Positions 63,999 to 64,000 of a DNA stretch of 64,000 nt are shown in pieces (position 1 is the stretch's first letter; the number at the start of each line of letters is the position of its first letter). The position numbers were made by a program, and so were the translations under genes. The notes beneath the pieces are model-generated. The model was not told the origin of the DNA and searched no databases. It was given only the letters and a program-made list of their open reading frames with translations. The DNA is from a virus, in IMG/VR virus record IMGVR_UViG_3300006028_000011, positions 18,239 through 82,238 of that record, one strand, 5' to 3'.

Positions 63999-64000
63999 AC

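Larger units (their letters stand above)
1..64000. mobile_element. Temperate tailed bacteriophage genome segment
   Basis: Tail, lysis, integration, replication and switch modules throughout; no host housekeeping genes seen. Confidence 0.9.

Noticed and set aside
1-64000. tRNA or rRNA genes, reverse transcriptase/DGR, terminase/portal/capsid genes
   Set aside because: None recognised by eye; head genes probably lie beyond the right edge. A tRNAscan/HMM run would be needed to exclude them.

Overview
Very GC-rich window (by eye about 70-75%) that reads as most of a temperate tailed-phage genome, encoded mainly on the minus strand. Right to left: a sugar-modification cluster (dTDP-glucose dehydratase, 2 glycosyltransferases, 2 methyltransferases); head-tail connector, tail tube, tail chaperone with a -1 frameshift, tape measure and tail tip genes; a lysis region (GH25 endolysin, holin-like proteins, papain-like peptidase); regulators and toxin-antitoxin cassettes; a compact type V CRISPR-Cas locus; a DUF2637/SpdA plus lytic transglycosylase membrane module; a cI/cro-like switch; a Nudix/TA cassette; recombination genes; xis-int with an apparently intact attP; DNA modification genes (Mom-like, N6/N4-MTase, truncated C5-MTase); and a replication initiator with a candidate origin. 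The main result is the CRISPR locus: a 560-aa TnpB-derived Cas12/Cas14-like effector, a 37-bp-repeat array with 15 spacers, and cas1-cas2-cas4. The effector's RuvC-III Asp is replaced by Thr and its start overlaps the stop of a SAM methyltransferase gene. Other points of interest are a duplicated ~80-nt hairpin element with swapped UUCG/GNRA tetraloops flanking the CRISPR-containing 16 kb, and several putative non-canonical start codons. All product calls come from motif recognition by eye; no searches were run.
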